Part shown: piece by piece, positions 11,190 to 24,079 of the stretch
Position numbering within the stretch: the first letter of the stretch is position 1
How the letters are laid out: the number at the start of each line of letters is the position of its first letter
Assembly (NCBI GenBank): GCA_030390025.1
Contig: CM059432.1
Location: 60,328,001-60,392,000 of the forward strand
Reading direction: 5' to 3'
Length of the DNA stretch: 64,000 nucleotides
Source: Squalus acanthias
Lineage: Eukaryota
Notes under the pieces: model-generated
The model's database searches: none
Seen by the model: only the letters and a program-made list of their open reading frames with translations
Told to the model about the DNA's origin: nothing
Translations under genes and position numbers: made by a program

Positions 11190-14100
11190 GGAGAGTAAAT
11201 TTTAGCTTTTCAGCTAACAGATGTGCTCTGTATTTATATTTGTGCCAATCTAGCAGGAGATTTAGGCCATACTGAAGCTGTAGCAAGTAAACTGCTGTTT
11301 TAATGTCGATCGGTTATAAATTGGTTAGCCCCCGAAAATGGACGCCAACTTCGTGCTGCCTGTTAATTATAATGATTCCTGCATGCAGCCAGCGCTCCCA
11401 GTGCTGTCCAGTGGCTGCACGCATTAGCATGGGCCCAATATCATTAGTAACTTGCACTACTTAAAGCCAGTCTGCACCTCTTAAAGGGGAGGAGTACTGT
11501 GGCTAGAGCAGGTGCGGGGAGTCATTCTTCAACTGATTCTGATGTGGGACAGAGAGAAGACTGGCTGACCATGGGAGAACGCGGGCCCCCAGCTTTTTGG
11601 ACGCTGCACTGAAGGTCTTGGTGGAGGAGTTGCAAAGGAGGACAGATGTCCTGTATCCTCAGGGGGGTAGGAGGCCCTCGAGACACACGATGAGAAGACA
11701 GTGGGAACAGATAGCCGCAGAGATTAATGCCTGGAGTGTAGTACCAAGGACCTGGATGCAGTGCTGGAAGAAGTTTAATGCCCTCACACGAGTGGTCAAG
11801 GTCACTGAATGCATCTTCAATTGCCATATCCCACCAACTGCACCATTAGCATCAGCCACTGGTCAATTCACCACACCTCCATCACTCACCTACCTACAAT
11901 CTCTGTCAATCAGGACTCATAACTACATTATATGCTTCACCTCCCCCTCACACATTTAGCATTGTTGCAGGTGTCATCGACAGTGCTATCAAGCGGCACT
12001 TACTCACCAATAACCTGCTCACTGATGCCCAGTTTGGGTTCCGCCAAGACCACTCAGCTCCCGGCCTCATAACAGCCTTGGTACAAACATGGACAAAGGA
12101 GCTGAATTCCAGAGGTGAGGTGAGAGTGACTGCCCTTGACATTAAGGCGGCATTTGACTGAGTGTGGCATCAAGGAGCCCTGGTAAAACTGAAGTCAATG
12201 GGAATCAGGGGGAAAACTCTCCACTGGCTGAAGTCATACCTAGCACAAAGGAAGATGGTTGTGGTGGTTGGAGGTCAATCATCACAGCCCCAGGACATCG
12301 CTGTAGGAGTTCCTCAGGGCAGTGACCTAGGCCCAACCATTTTCAGCTGCTTCATCAATGACCTTCCCTCCAACATAAGGTCAGAAATGGGGATGTTCGC
12401 TGATGATTGCAGAGCGCTCAGCGCCACTCATAACTTCTCAGATAATGAAGCAGTCCATGCCTGCATGCAGCAACAAGACCTGGATGACGTTCAGGCTTGG
12501 GCTGATAAGTGGCAGGTAACATTCGTGCCACACAAGTGCCAGGCAATGACTATCTCCAACAAGCGAGAGTCTAACCACCGCCCCTTGACATTCAGCGGCA
12601 TTACCATTGCCGAATCCCCCACAATCAACATCCTAGGGGTCACCATTGACCAGAAACTTAACTGGACCAGCCACATAAATACTGTGGAAACAAGAGCCAG
12701 ACAGAGGCTAGGTATTCTGCGGCGAGTGTCTCACCTCCTGACTCCCCAAAGCCTTTCCACCATCTACAAGGCACAAGTAAGGAGTGTGATGGAATACTCT
12801 CCACTTGCCTGGATGAGTGCAGCTCCAACAACACTCAAGAAGCTCGACACCATCCAAGACAAAGCAGCCCACTTGATTGGCACCACATCCACCACCTTAA
12901 ACATTCACTCCCTCCATCACCAGCATACCTTGGCTGCAGTGTACACCATCTGCAAGATGCACTGCAGCAACTCGCCAAGGCTTCTTCGGCAGCACCTCCC
13001 AAACCCGCGACCTCTTCCACTTCGAAGGACAAGGGCAGCAGGCGCAAGGGAACACCACCATCTCCAAGTTCCCCTCCAAGTCACATACCATCCTGACTTG
13101 GAAGTATATCGCCGTTCCTTCATCGTCGCTGGGTCAAAATCCTGGAACTCCCTCCCTAACAGCACTGTGGGAGTACCTTTACCACACGGACTGCAGCGGT
13201 TCAAGAAGGCAGCTCACCAGCACCTTCTCAAGGGCAATTAGAGATGGCCAATAATAGCTGGCCTTGCCAGCGACGCCCACATCCCATGAACAAATTAAAA
13301 AAAGCCTCACACCCACATCTCACAGCTTGCACACACTGCCAGCTATTCATCTATGACAGCCACATCATCCAAACAGATTGCACAACATTTACTGTCACAT
13401 TTCACTCTTTCTTGCAGAAGGTGGAGCACAATTGGAGGTAGCAGGAACTAACTGGAAACAGTGCTGGCCATTGTGGGAAGGGTTATTGCTAAGGCCGAAC
13501 CCAATGAAGATGATGGTCATACCTAATCCTCCTTTTCACATCCCACTTCTCCCTCATCCCTAACTCTCTTCTGACTTAAAAGCTGCAGATGACGTGAGTG
13601 TGCAGTTCTTATTTTCTCCCCTTCCCTCACCACAACCCAACCCTTGTCCCTTTTTCATTTCAGGTACCCAAGAACTGCAACCTGCCCAGGCAGTGGTGGA
13701 AGAGCAGGAAGACAGTGAAGATGAAGACACACCGTCATTCGATTTCACAGTCGCAGCCACCAGCTCAGATACTGACACTGCGTGTAATTTAGAGGATAGC
13801 ACAGAGGCGGGATCTGCACATGGTGAGACACTGGGCAGAAGTGTGTTGCAGCCAGGGCAGGTGCCAGCTTGCCGGAGAACGAGGTCGCACATTAGTTCTG
13901 CTGCAGAGGTCTCAGATGAGGACTTCGATGGGCTAGGCTACAGAAAAAGGTTGATGGGTGTACACACCAAAATGCTTGATTCATTGGGAAGTCTGCCAGA
14001 AAGCCTGTGTGCAATGTCAAGGAGCATGGAGGAGTCTGGCACCAACTTGGCACAGGGCTTTGCGCAGAGCTTGGAGCCCATCCTTTCCAGCAGAATGGGT

Positions 14101-16010
14101 GGCCAACTCCATCAACACACTTGTAGACGCAACCATGATGCAGCATCCGATGGCCGATGTCTCAGCTTCCATTGCAGCAGAAGTAGCAGCCACCCAATGT
14201 CTGAGTGCTGCAGTGGAAGCTCAGACTGCTGCCATCATAACTCTGGATACCAGTGTTCAAAGGGGCTTCCAAGGTGTCACAACAGTCCAGTAATCTGTTC
14301 TCCAACAGGCTACAAGGAGTGCTGAGGTGCTGCACTGGGAGAGTGGCAGTGGCTTCATGGAGCACGAACCTGCTATCCTCTGTCCGGAGGACAGCATTCG
14401 TGCTCGCACCCCTGCCACTCCGCCAGTGCCCTTGCTATCAGCCAGCCAGCCCAGACTGCTGCTGCCCATGCTCAGATGTTGCAGTCTGAAGCTGGGCCTC
14501 TAGGCCCAGAGCTGCGCGAGGTCATCCTCTGCAGTCTCCTCCACTGAAATTCAACAGCCTTTCACCAGCCATGCTGCAGCCACTGGGGAAGCACCTCATA
14601 GGAGCACTAGGACAGGCAAAGGCACATGGAAGACAGGAACTAAGTGAATGCACAAGGGTAATTAGTTTATTTTTTTTATGCAATATGGTATGATTTAATT
14701 TATAAATTTGCATTGGAATGTCTATTTTGTGTTAGCAATTATTTTTCCATAGTGGCCAAGAGGATGATGTGATGGTCAGTGACTGAGGGAAGGTAAGGAG
14801 TGTGGGATTGTTGGTGAATGGGGAATTGGGGTTTAGGTTACTGGTATCACTATTGAATTAGTTGTTCACGTACAGCCCAGGCAGAAATAGGCTGTCTAGT
14901 TTGCAGCCTCCCTTCCTCTTCCTCTCTTCCATCTCGTCCTCTTCCTCTGCCTTCTCCTCCTCTGCCTCCTTCTCTTCCTCCTCCTCATGCTCCTCAGCTT
15001 CTCATCTGATAGGTGGTGGCAAGGGCTGTTCCCTCATGATGGCAAGGCTGTGCAGCATGTAGCATACCACCACAAATCTTGAGACCTGCTCAGCCGAGTT
15101 CTGCAGGGCTCCTCCAGAGCAGTCCAGGCAGCGGCATCATTATTTCAGGATGCCAATGGTCTGCTCTATTAGATTTATTGTGGCAGCGTGGCTCTCGTTG
15201 TATGCCTGCTGCGCGTATGTGCATGGGTTATGAACAGGAGCCATGTTGTCAACTGATAGTCCTTGTCACGGTTGAAATACAGCAGGCACAGAGGCCTGCC
15301 ACAGAATTAATGCATTGTGACTGCTGCCAGGATACCGGACATTGACCTGCATGATGCGCTGTCTGTGGTCACACACCAGCTGCACGTTGAAGGAGTGGAA
15401 TCCCTTTTGGTTCAGGTACGTGGCAGAGTTGACATGCGGCACATGCAAAGCAATGTTCATGCAGTTAATGGCACCCCGCACCATGCGGAAGTTGGCAATC
15501 CTTGCAAACCCTCGTGCTTGCCCCACCTGCTTCTCTCTGGCAAGAGGGAATGAAATGAAGTTATCTCTCTTTGCATAGAGAGCCTCAGTGACCTCCCTTA
15601 TGCAGAACTGCACTGCAAACTGCGAGATGTTGCTAATATCACCAGCACCAGCCTGGAAGGAGCCAGACTCATAAAGGTTCATAGCCACAGTCACCTTCAC
15701 AGCAACTGGCAATGCGATCCTTGCCCTGCTGTGAGGTTGGAGTTGTGGTGTAGCAGTTGGCAGATTTCAGTGAAAACCTCCTTAGTGAAGTGCAGACATC
15801 TCAAACATTGGTTGCCGCTGAAGTTCAGGTAAGAGAATTGTGCCCTGATCACCTTGGGGCGGATATGGCCTCCTGCTGAGAGTCCTTCTCTATCTTATCC
15901 TCGTCTAACTTCTAGCAGGTTGCGTGGTCGCTGCTCATTCTCCCAGTCATGCTCAATTCCAACAGCAAGGCCTACCAGGCCACAAATATCATAAAGCAAT
16001 TGGTTTGAAT
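11190..16010. mobile_element. Degenerate Harbinger H2 (Myb on +, 11571-14643; transposase on -, about 14860-15990); ends approximate
   Basis: DAALKVLVEELQRRTDVLYP...WEQIA...[40 protein letters not shown]; TIRs not resolved. Confidence 0.8.
11970..13303 (+). mobile_element. CR1-group LINE (family B), 5'-truncated, inside H2 Myb intron 1
   Basis: 359-aa ORF with GVPQGSDLGP and FADD; ends ...LLKGN* + CCCACATCCCATG + A-rich tail. Confidence 0.88.
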
Positions 16011-16367
16011 ATACGAACTAGGAGAAAGAGTAGGCCATTCAGCCCTTCTAGCTTGCTCCGCCGATCAATAAGAAAATGGCTGATCTTCTACCTCAACTCC
16101 ACCTTCTCGCACTATCCCCATATCCCTTGGTTCCCTTAGTAGCCAAAAATCTATCGATCTCTGTCTTGAATATACTCAACCACTGAGTATATTCAGGACA
16201 GTGCCCTCTGGGGTAGAGAAATCCAAAGATTCACAACTATCTGAGTGAAGAAAATTCTCCTTATCTCAGTCCTAAATTGCCGACCCCTTATTCTGTGACT
16301 AACCCCGAGTTCCAGACTCTCCAGCCAGAGAAAACATCCTCCCAGCATCTACCCTGTCAAGTCCCTT
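16010..16367 (-). mobile_element. CR1 3' fragment
   Basis: 3' UTR and C-terminal ORF2 similar to 26606-27083. Confidence 0.75.
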
Positions 16368-18101
16368 GGGCTAGAAATTCGTTATAGCCAAAAAAAGGGC
16401 AATGTTTAGACTAAAAATGGTTAAGTAGCGCCACCTGAAAATCATCTAAGCTGCAAGCAAAATTTGTCCTCACTCCTCATTAAAATGATTGCAGTCATGA
16501 TTCTTGACGTAAGAAAACTACTAGGCACTTGGTCTAAGCGTTAAACAAAGCTTTAATCAACTGTTTTTCAACATGGAGATCTGGTTGTGTCCTTCACTAG
16601 TTCCTGTTAAAGAATGTCCTGAGCAAGCTGGGCCCATGCCCGAGTATTTATACTCTCCCTGGACAGCGCCACCAGCAGGCCGCCCAGTATTATTTCCTAA
16701 GTCATTTCCACATGAATGACAAGATTCATGTCAATTCTCATCTAAAAATTCAAGCTCATTGGCATTCACTGAAAAGATCGACCAATATTGGGGGCAGTCT
16801 AAATGCAAGTAATGATTGCCACAGGCTATTTTCACTACTTAAAGGGGAGGTTCATTGATGCTGCAGAACCTCATTCTCAGCATTGTTGGTTGTGCGGCTG
16901 CCTCAACAACCATAAGAAGAAGGACAAGGAGAAGGAGCACTTATTTACAAATCCTGATGGTAGATCGCTGCCCCAGGGAGAGGTTTTCCGATGAAGCTTT
17001 GGAGGCATTGGTTTTAGCGGTGGAGAGAAGGCGGGTGGTCCTGCATCCGTCAACTGGCAGGAGGCCCTTGCCACACTCTGCCAGACTATGTGGAGGGAGG
17101 TGGCACACCACGTCGCGGGCAGCACTGTGGTCCCCAGGACCCACACACAGTGCATGAAGAAGTTTAACAAGCTCACACGAGTGGTCAGGGTGAGTGAAGG
17201 CTTCAACAAATGCAACATACCACTATCTGTACCACAAGCTTCAAACAATACTCAATGCACCACACCCACAGCATTCACCCACCAACAATCTCTACCTAAC
17301 AACACTCACACCTACATCTCACACCTTGCACACAATGACAGCTATTCAACTATGGCAGGCACAAGGGTCATTAGTTATTAGAGTTCAAGTGCTATGTGTG
17401 ATATGTTTATAAATAAATGTATTAATTGTGTTTGGAATATTTTGTGGTCTCTCTCATTTCACATTTGCACCCAGGAGGATGCTGTGATATGGTGTGAGAC
17501 AGGGACTGTATGATGGGGATGTGGTGAGTTACGGGGATCTGGGGTTTCATTCATGTGAATCAGACTCTGCTGAGCCAGTCACGGACAGCCCATCCAGAAG
17601 GCTGACTGTCTCGCTGCGTCCGCCCTCCCTCCTGTTCCTCCTCCTCCTCCTCGTCCTCCTCCTCCTCTGCCTCGTCGTCCTCCTGCGGTGGTCCCACAAT
17701 CCCTGCTGGCAAGGGCTGCGCCCTCATGATGGCCAAGTTGTGGAGCATGCAGCAGACCACCACAAAATGGGACACCCACTCCGGCGAGTCCTGGAGGGTT
17801 CCTCCTGAGCAGTCAAGGCCACATGCATGTTTGTCCTGCTTCTCTCTGGTGATCGGGAAGCCAATGTAGTCCCTTCTCCTGCTGTAGAGAGCTTCAGTGA
17901 CCTCCTGGATGCAGCGATGGATGGCAAATTGTGAGATGTTAGATATGTCTCCTGCTGCAGACTGGAAAGATCTGCTGGTGAAGAAATTGAGGGCTACGCT
18001 AACCTTGACTGCCACTGGGAGAGGCGTGGTCACCCTGGACTGAGGCTGGAAGTCTGGTTGCAGGAGGTGGCAGAGTTCTGTGACCACCACCTTGGTGAAG
18101 C
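16368..18101. mobile_element. Internally deleted Harbinger of the H1 family, opposite orientation, right end lost
   Basis: GGGCTAGAAATTCGTTATAGCC matches the reverse complement of the H1 right end; Myb exon 1 on + from 16957; transposase remnant on - 17530-18100. Confidence 0.8.
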
Positions 18102-18473
18102 TACAGAATGTGACTCGACATCGTTGTCTGTCTTTCCAGTTTAAAAAAAAACAACAACCAAAAAAAAAGTTAAAAGCTCAACTGCAGACGGCAACATTTG
18201 ACACGTTGGACCCCCTGTGACCCACCTCATTGTCTTAGCTGTACTCTGAGGTGTCTTTGATGTAATGCCTTCCTAACAGATGGTATCTCTGCAGACAAAT
18301 TGCTCTCTGTGTATATATACTGCCGATTTGTATTCCCTCACTGTACTTGTACCTGAAGAAGGAGCAGCGCTCCGAAAGCTCGTAATTTTAAATAAAACTG
18401 TTGGACTATAACCTGGTGTTGTGCGACTTCTCATTTTTGTCCACCCCAGTCCAACACCGGCAACTCCGCATCA
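18102..18473 (+). mobile_element. Solo pLTR related to the 3615-7024 Penelope
   Basis: Shares TTTGACACGTTGGACCCCCTG, GTTGGACTATAACCTGGTGTTGTGCGACTTCTCAT and CCACCCCAGTCCAAC. Confidence 0.85.
18350..18384 (+). ncRNA. Minimal hammerhead ribozyme motif
   Basis: TAC-CTGAAGA-A-GGAGC-agc-GCTCC-GAAA-GCTC-GTA. Confidence 0.8.
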
Positions 18474-18775
18474 AATAAACGGTGTCGCTACTGCAACCCC
18501 TATGGGTCCTGGCTATGCCTGTCTTTTTGTGGGATACGTGAAACATTTTTTGTTCCAGTCTTACTCAGGTCCCATCCCTCACCTTTTTTTCCGGTACATT
18601 GATGACTGTATCGGTTCTGCTTCTGCCCTCACCCTGAACTAGAAAATGTCATCAACTTTGCTTCCAATTTCCACCCCTCCCTCGCCTTCACATGGTCCAT
18701 CGCTGATTCTTCCTTTCCTTCCTCAACTACACTATCTCCATTTCTGGGGATAGGCTGTCAACCAATGTCTACTAC
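18474..18775 (+). mobile_element. RT fragment of a second PLE family
   Basis: QINGVATATPMGPGYACLFVG...FFRYIDDCIG (RT motifs B and C). Confidence 0.75.
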
Positions 18776-19668
18776 AATGGTTCCATGAGGAGTGCAGAAA
18801 GAGCATGCCAGGAGCAGCACCAGGTGTACCTAAAAATGAGGTGCCAACCTGGGGAAGCTGCAACACAGGATTACATGCATGCTAAACCATGAAAGCAGCA
18901 TTCTATAGACAGAGCTATGCGATCCCACAATCAATGGATCAGATCAAAGCTCTGCAGTCCTGCCACATCCAGTCTTGAATGGTGGTGGACAATTAAACGA
19001 CTAACGGGAGGAGGAGGCTCCATCAATATCCCCATCCTCAATGATGGCAGAGCCCAATACGTGAGTGCAAAAGACTAGGTGAAGCGTTTGCAACAATCTT
19101 CAGCCAGAAGTGCCGAGGGATGATCCGTCTCGGCCTCCTCTTGAAGTCTCCATCATCACAGAAGCCAGTCTTCAGCCAAATCGATTCACTCCACGTGATA
19201 TCAAGAAATGGCTGAGCGCACTGGACACATCAAAGGCTATGGACCCTGACAACATCCCGGCTGTCGTGCTGAAGACTTGCACTCCAGAATTAGCCACGCC
19301 TCTAGCCATGCTGTTCCAGTACAGCTACAACACTGGCATCTACCCGACAATGTGGAAAACTGCCCACGTATGTTCCCGTCCACAAAAGCAGGGCAAATCC
19401 AATCCGGCCAGTTACCGCCCCATCAGTCTACTGTCAATCATCAGCAAAGTGATGGAAGGTGTCATCGACAGTGCCATCAAGCGACACTTACTCACCAATA
19501 ACCTGCTCACCGATGCTCAGTTTGGGTTCCGCCAGGACCACTCGGCTCCAGACCTCATTACAGCCTTGGTCCAAACATGGACAAAAGAGCTGAATTCCAG
19601 AGGTGAGGTAAGAGTGACTGCCCTTGACATCAAGGCAGCACTTGACCGAATGTGGCATCAAGGAGCCC
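18776..19668 (+). mobile_element. CR1-group LINE family B internal fragment
   Basis: KAMDPDNIP, YRPISLLS, QFGFR, LDIKAALD. Confidence 0.85.
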
Positions 19669-21835
19669 TGTCAAGGACCCTATGTTCCCCGACATCTCTG
19701 GGAGTTTATTTGTGTCCTCCTTTATGAAGACAGAACCAAAGTATGTATTTAATTGGTCTGCCATTTCTTTGTTCCCCATTATAAATTCCCCTGATTCTGA
19801 CTGCAAGGGACCTACGCTTGACTTCACCAATCTTTTTCTCTTCACATATCTATAGAAGCTTGTACAGTCAGTTTTTATGTTCCCTACAAGCTTACTCTCA
19901 TATTCTATTTCCCCCCTCTTTTTTTAAGACCTTAGGATCCAGGGGACTTGTCAGCCTTTAGTTCCATTAATCCCATTAGTTTGCCTAGTACTTTTTCTCT
20001 AGTGATAGTGATTGTTTTAAGTTCCTCCCTCCCTTTTGCCCCTTCATTATCTACTATTATTGGGATGGTTTTAGTGTCTTCTACTGTAAAGACAGATAAA
20101 AAATATTTGTTCAAAGTCTCTGCCAATTCCTTATTTCCCATTATTAATTCCCCAGTCTCATCCTCTAAGGGACCAACGTTTACTTTAGCTACTCTCTTAC
20201 TTTTTATATACTTGTACAAGCTCTTACTGTCTGCTTTTATATTTCTTGCTAGTTTACTCTCATAATCCATTTTCTCCCTCATTATTTTTTTAGTTATCCT
20301 TTGCTGGTTTTTAAAAATGTCCCAATCTTTTGGCCTACCACTAATGTTCACAACATTGTATGCCTTATCTTTCAATTTGATACCCTCCTTAACTTCTGTA
20401 GTTAGCCACAGATGGTTCATCTTCTCATAGAGTCTTTCTTTCTCACTGGAATATGTCTTTGTTGAGAGTTATGAAGTATCTCCTTAAATGTTTGCCACTG
20501 CTTATCTACTGTCTTACCTTTTAATCTATTTTCCCAGTCCACTTTATCCAACTCTGTCGTTATACCTTTGTAATTGCCTTTATTTAAGTTAAGACACTAG
20601 TTTCAGACCCAAGTTTCTCACCCTTAAACTGAATGTGAAATTCTATCATGTTATGATCACTCTTCCTCAGATGATCCTTTACTATGAGATTATTAATTAA
20701 TCCTGTCTCATTACACATTACCAGATCTAAAAGAGCCTATTCCCTGGTTGGTTCCACAGCGTATTGTTCTAAGAAACCGTCCCGAATACACTCTATGAAC
20801 TCGTCCTCAAGGCTAACTTTGCCAATTTGATTTGTCCAATCTATATGAAGATTAAAATCGTCCATGATTATCACAGTACCTTTCTTACAAGCCCCTATTA
20901 TTTCTTGATTTATACTCTGTCCTACAGTGTAGCTACTGTTAGGGGGCCTATAGACTACTCCCACCAGTGACTTCTTTCCCTTACTATTCTTATCTCCACC
21001 CAAACTGATCCTACATCTTGATCTTCCAACCAAGATCATTTCTCACCACTGTACTGATCTCATTCTTTATTAACAGAGCTACCCCACCTCCTTTTCCTTT
21101 CTGCCTATCCTTCCAAAATGTCAAATACCCCTGAATATTCAGTTCCCATCCCTGGTCACCTTGCAACCACGTCTCTGTAATGGCTATCAGATCATACCCA
21201 TTTATTTCTATTTGTGCCATCAATTCATCTATCTTGTTATGAATGCTGCGTGCATTCAGATAAAGAGCCTTTAATTTTGTCTTTTTACCATTTTTCCCTA
21301 CTCTGACCCTATTTACTGGTGCACTCTTATGCTCTGTCCCTTCCTGTCACACTCTGGTTATCATTACCCCTATCGCTACCCTGCACTATTACCTTGTCCT
21401 TTCTCTTTAACCTTCTAAATTTCCTCTCACCTGAACCCTCCCCCCAACTATTTAGTTTGAAGCCCTATCTACAGTCCTAGTTATTCGATTCACCAGGACA
21501 CTGGTCCCAGCATGGTTCAAGTGAAGCCCGTCCCAACAGAACAGCTCCCTCTTTCCCCAGTACTGGTGCCAGTGTCCCATGAATTGAAATCCATTTCTCC
21601 CACACCAATCTTTGAGCCACGCATTCAACTCTCTGATCTTATTGACCCTATGCCCATTTGCTCATGGCTCAGGTAGTAATCCAAAGATTGTTACCTTTGT
21701 GGTTCTGCTTTTTAATTTAGCCCCTAGCTGCTCATACTCCCTCAGCAGAACCTCTTTCTTAGTCTTACCTATGTCGTTGGTACCTACGTGGACCACGACA
21801 ATTGGATCTTCCTCTTCCCACTCTAAGTTCCTCTC
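19669..21835 (-). mobile_element. CR1 fragments with ORF1 esterase end and ORF2 endonuclease
   Basis: VVVHVGTNDIG (SGNH esterase-like), DLIAITETWL, GGGVALLI, GVVYRPP, MDDFN. Confidence 0.85.
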
Positions 21836-22084
21836 TATTCTGCTTCTGTTATTCATGAAATCACTCCTGTCTTCGACCTTATCACAGAACTTCCCTTTTG
21901 TTCTTTCCTCCACTCCCCCCTTTCCCTGCACCTGTACTTGCATAAAACCTGTTACCATCTGTAACGTTTTCCAATTCTGATGAAATGTCACAGACCTGAA
22001 ATGTTAACTCTGTTTTTATCTCCACAGATGCTGCCTGGCCTGCTGAGTATTTTCAGCATTTTATGTTTATGTTTCAGATTTCAA
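21836..22084 (+). mobile_element. pLTR of the second PLE family with decayed hammerhead (21974-22008); resumes at 26325-26352
   Basis: ATT-CTGATGA-A-ATGTC-aca-GACCT-GAAA-TGTT-AAC, then CAGATGCTGCCTGGCCTGCTGAGT; continues CCAGCATCCGCAGTA after H3. Confidence 0.75.
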
Positions 22085-22602
22085 AGGTTGGATTTTACCA
22101 GCCCTGAGGAGGCAGGTCTGGAGGCGGGACTGGTGAGAAAATTGGAAAAAATGACGGCGGGTTCCGATCCCGCCGTCAACCAGCCTCCGCGCAACTTTGC
22201 CAGAGGCGGGCTTGCAGAGTCAGTTTCGGTCAGGTGGCGGGATAGGCCCTTAAGGCACTTAACTACCACTTAAGTACTGCTATAATCCCATTTTGAGAGG
22301 CCTTTCAAATTTTGCCACATTTCCAGCGTGCTGCACATCTCTTCTGAAACACGCCAGCTAATCATGTCGGGTTGACAAGTGGCTGGCTTCCTAAGAGCTG
22401 CAGCTCCACCATAAAAACGGAGCTCTCAACAAGGATCAGTTGCAGGTGGCAGAACTTTGTTTTTCCAGGTCTAGGAGAACTTTTTGCAGGTCCACTGATC
22501 TTGGAAGTGGTGAAGCTGAGATCCATCTCCACTGTGACCTCTTGGGAAAACCCTCTCCCCACATTGACTGAGCGCTTCCTCAACTTGATATCTACCAGCA
22601 GC

Positions 22603-23822
22603 ATGGGAACCATTTATTCCTTTCATCCTGGTCCTTAGATTCGGAGGACGTGCAGCCGCTGCAGCAGCAGAACCAGGCACAACAGCAGCACCAACAGGAA
22701 GGCGAACCTGCTGCTCACCCACATGATTGTGCAAAGGGCAGAAGGCACCAGCGCAGGGAAGCACGTCGCCGCAGGAGATATCCCCAAAACAGGGTTTACA
22801 GGATGAGGATGAGCTTCCTGGACATGAGTGAGCAGCAGTGCCAAAGGAGGCTGAGACTTTCGCGTGAGGTAGTCGGTGACATCTGCGCAATGCTGCACCA
22901 GCACCTGGAGCCCAGAGGAGCGGGTGGACACCCCTTACCAGTGGCTGTCAAAGTGACCACTGCACTCAACTTTTTTGCTTCAGGCTCCTTCCAGGGATCA
23001 TCAGCAGACATCAGCAGCATCTCCCAGTCGGCCGCACACACTTGCATCACGCAGGTTACTGATGCCCTCTTTCCAAAGGCGCCCAATTACATACATTTCT
23101 CCACGGATCAAGCAAGTATAACCGCGCGTGCGGTTGGCTTTGCAAATATGGCAGGCTTGCCAAGGGTGCAGGGCATCGTAGACTGCATACATGTGGCCCT
23201 TAAGGCACCCCATCACAACCCAACTCTTTTTGTCAACCGCAAGGGTTTCCACTCCCTCAACGCGCAGCTGGTGTGTAACCACAAGAAGGACATTTTGCAT
23301 GTTTGCGCCAAGTACCCTGGTAGTTGCCATGACTCGTTCATCCTGCGGCAGTCTAGTGTGCCTCCGCTCTTCAGTCCGCCAAACCAACTTTGCGGATGGC
23401 TACTTGGAGACAAGGGCTATCCCCTGAAGACGTGGCTAATGACACGGTTCAGGAGGCCATCCAATGAAGCTGAGGAGCGCTACAACTCGAGCCACCTTTC
23501 GACCAGATCCATCATCGAGCAAACCATCGGCTTGCTGAAGATGCGATTCAGGTGCCTTGACAGATCAGGTGGAGCCCTGCAGTACTCAGCAGCCAGTGTC
23601 TCCAGAATCATCGTGGTCTGCTGTGCACTGCACAACATTGTACAGTATCGTGGCTTGCAGTTGCCTGAGGAACAAGTGGCTTAGCGCATAGCCTCCTCAG
23701 ATGAGGAGGAGGAGAACCAGAATGAAGACCTCGCGGATGCGCATCAACCAGCTGCAGCAGCACGCGAGCACACTGCTGCCTGGGATGCAAGGGATACACT
23801 CATCTTGGCCAGATTTGCTTAA
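22603..23822 (+). pseudogene. H3 transposase with open 344-codon core (22650-23684)
   Basis: VDCIHV, HDS, LGDKGY, IEQTIG, CCALHN; frameshift just after the ATG and TAG at 23682 before the acidic tail. Confidence 0.9.
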
Positions 23823-24079
23823 GTTGCCCATTCAAACACGTGTGCCTGGCACCTTCTTACTACACCATAGACAATGGACAAGAACCTGTGGCTTCCTATC
23901 ACTCTGACCACCATCATGACAAATACAATTCGCCATGAGCCCTCAATGTGGAACTTCCATTTCCGAAATGACAGAGTCCAGAACTTCAACAATTTGCCAT
24001 CACTTCATTTTAATACATTGACCACAGGATGGCATATAACAATTAACCACAACAGAACACCCAAGTGACTACCCTTGTG

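Noticed and set aside
16355..16380. Tenth site for the Harbinger target consensus
   Set aside because: Right end lost so the TSD cannot be verified; its left flank (agtcc) has G at -4 and does not fit, noted as a possible counterexample
22650..23684. Domesticated HARBI1 or NAIF1/MSANTD host genes
   Set aside because: Multi-copy, flanked by TIRs and TSDs, with disabling lesions
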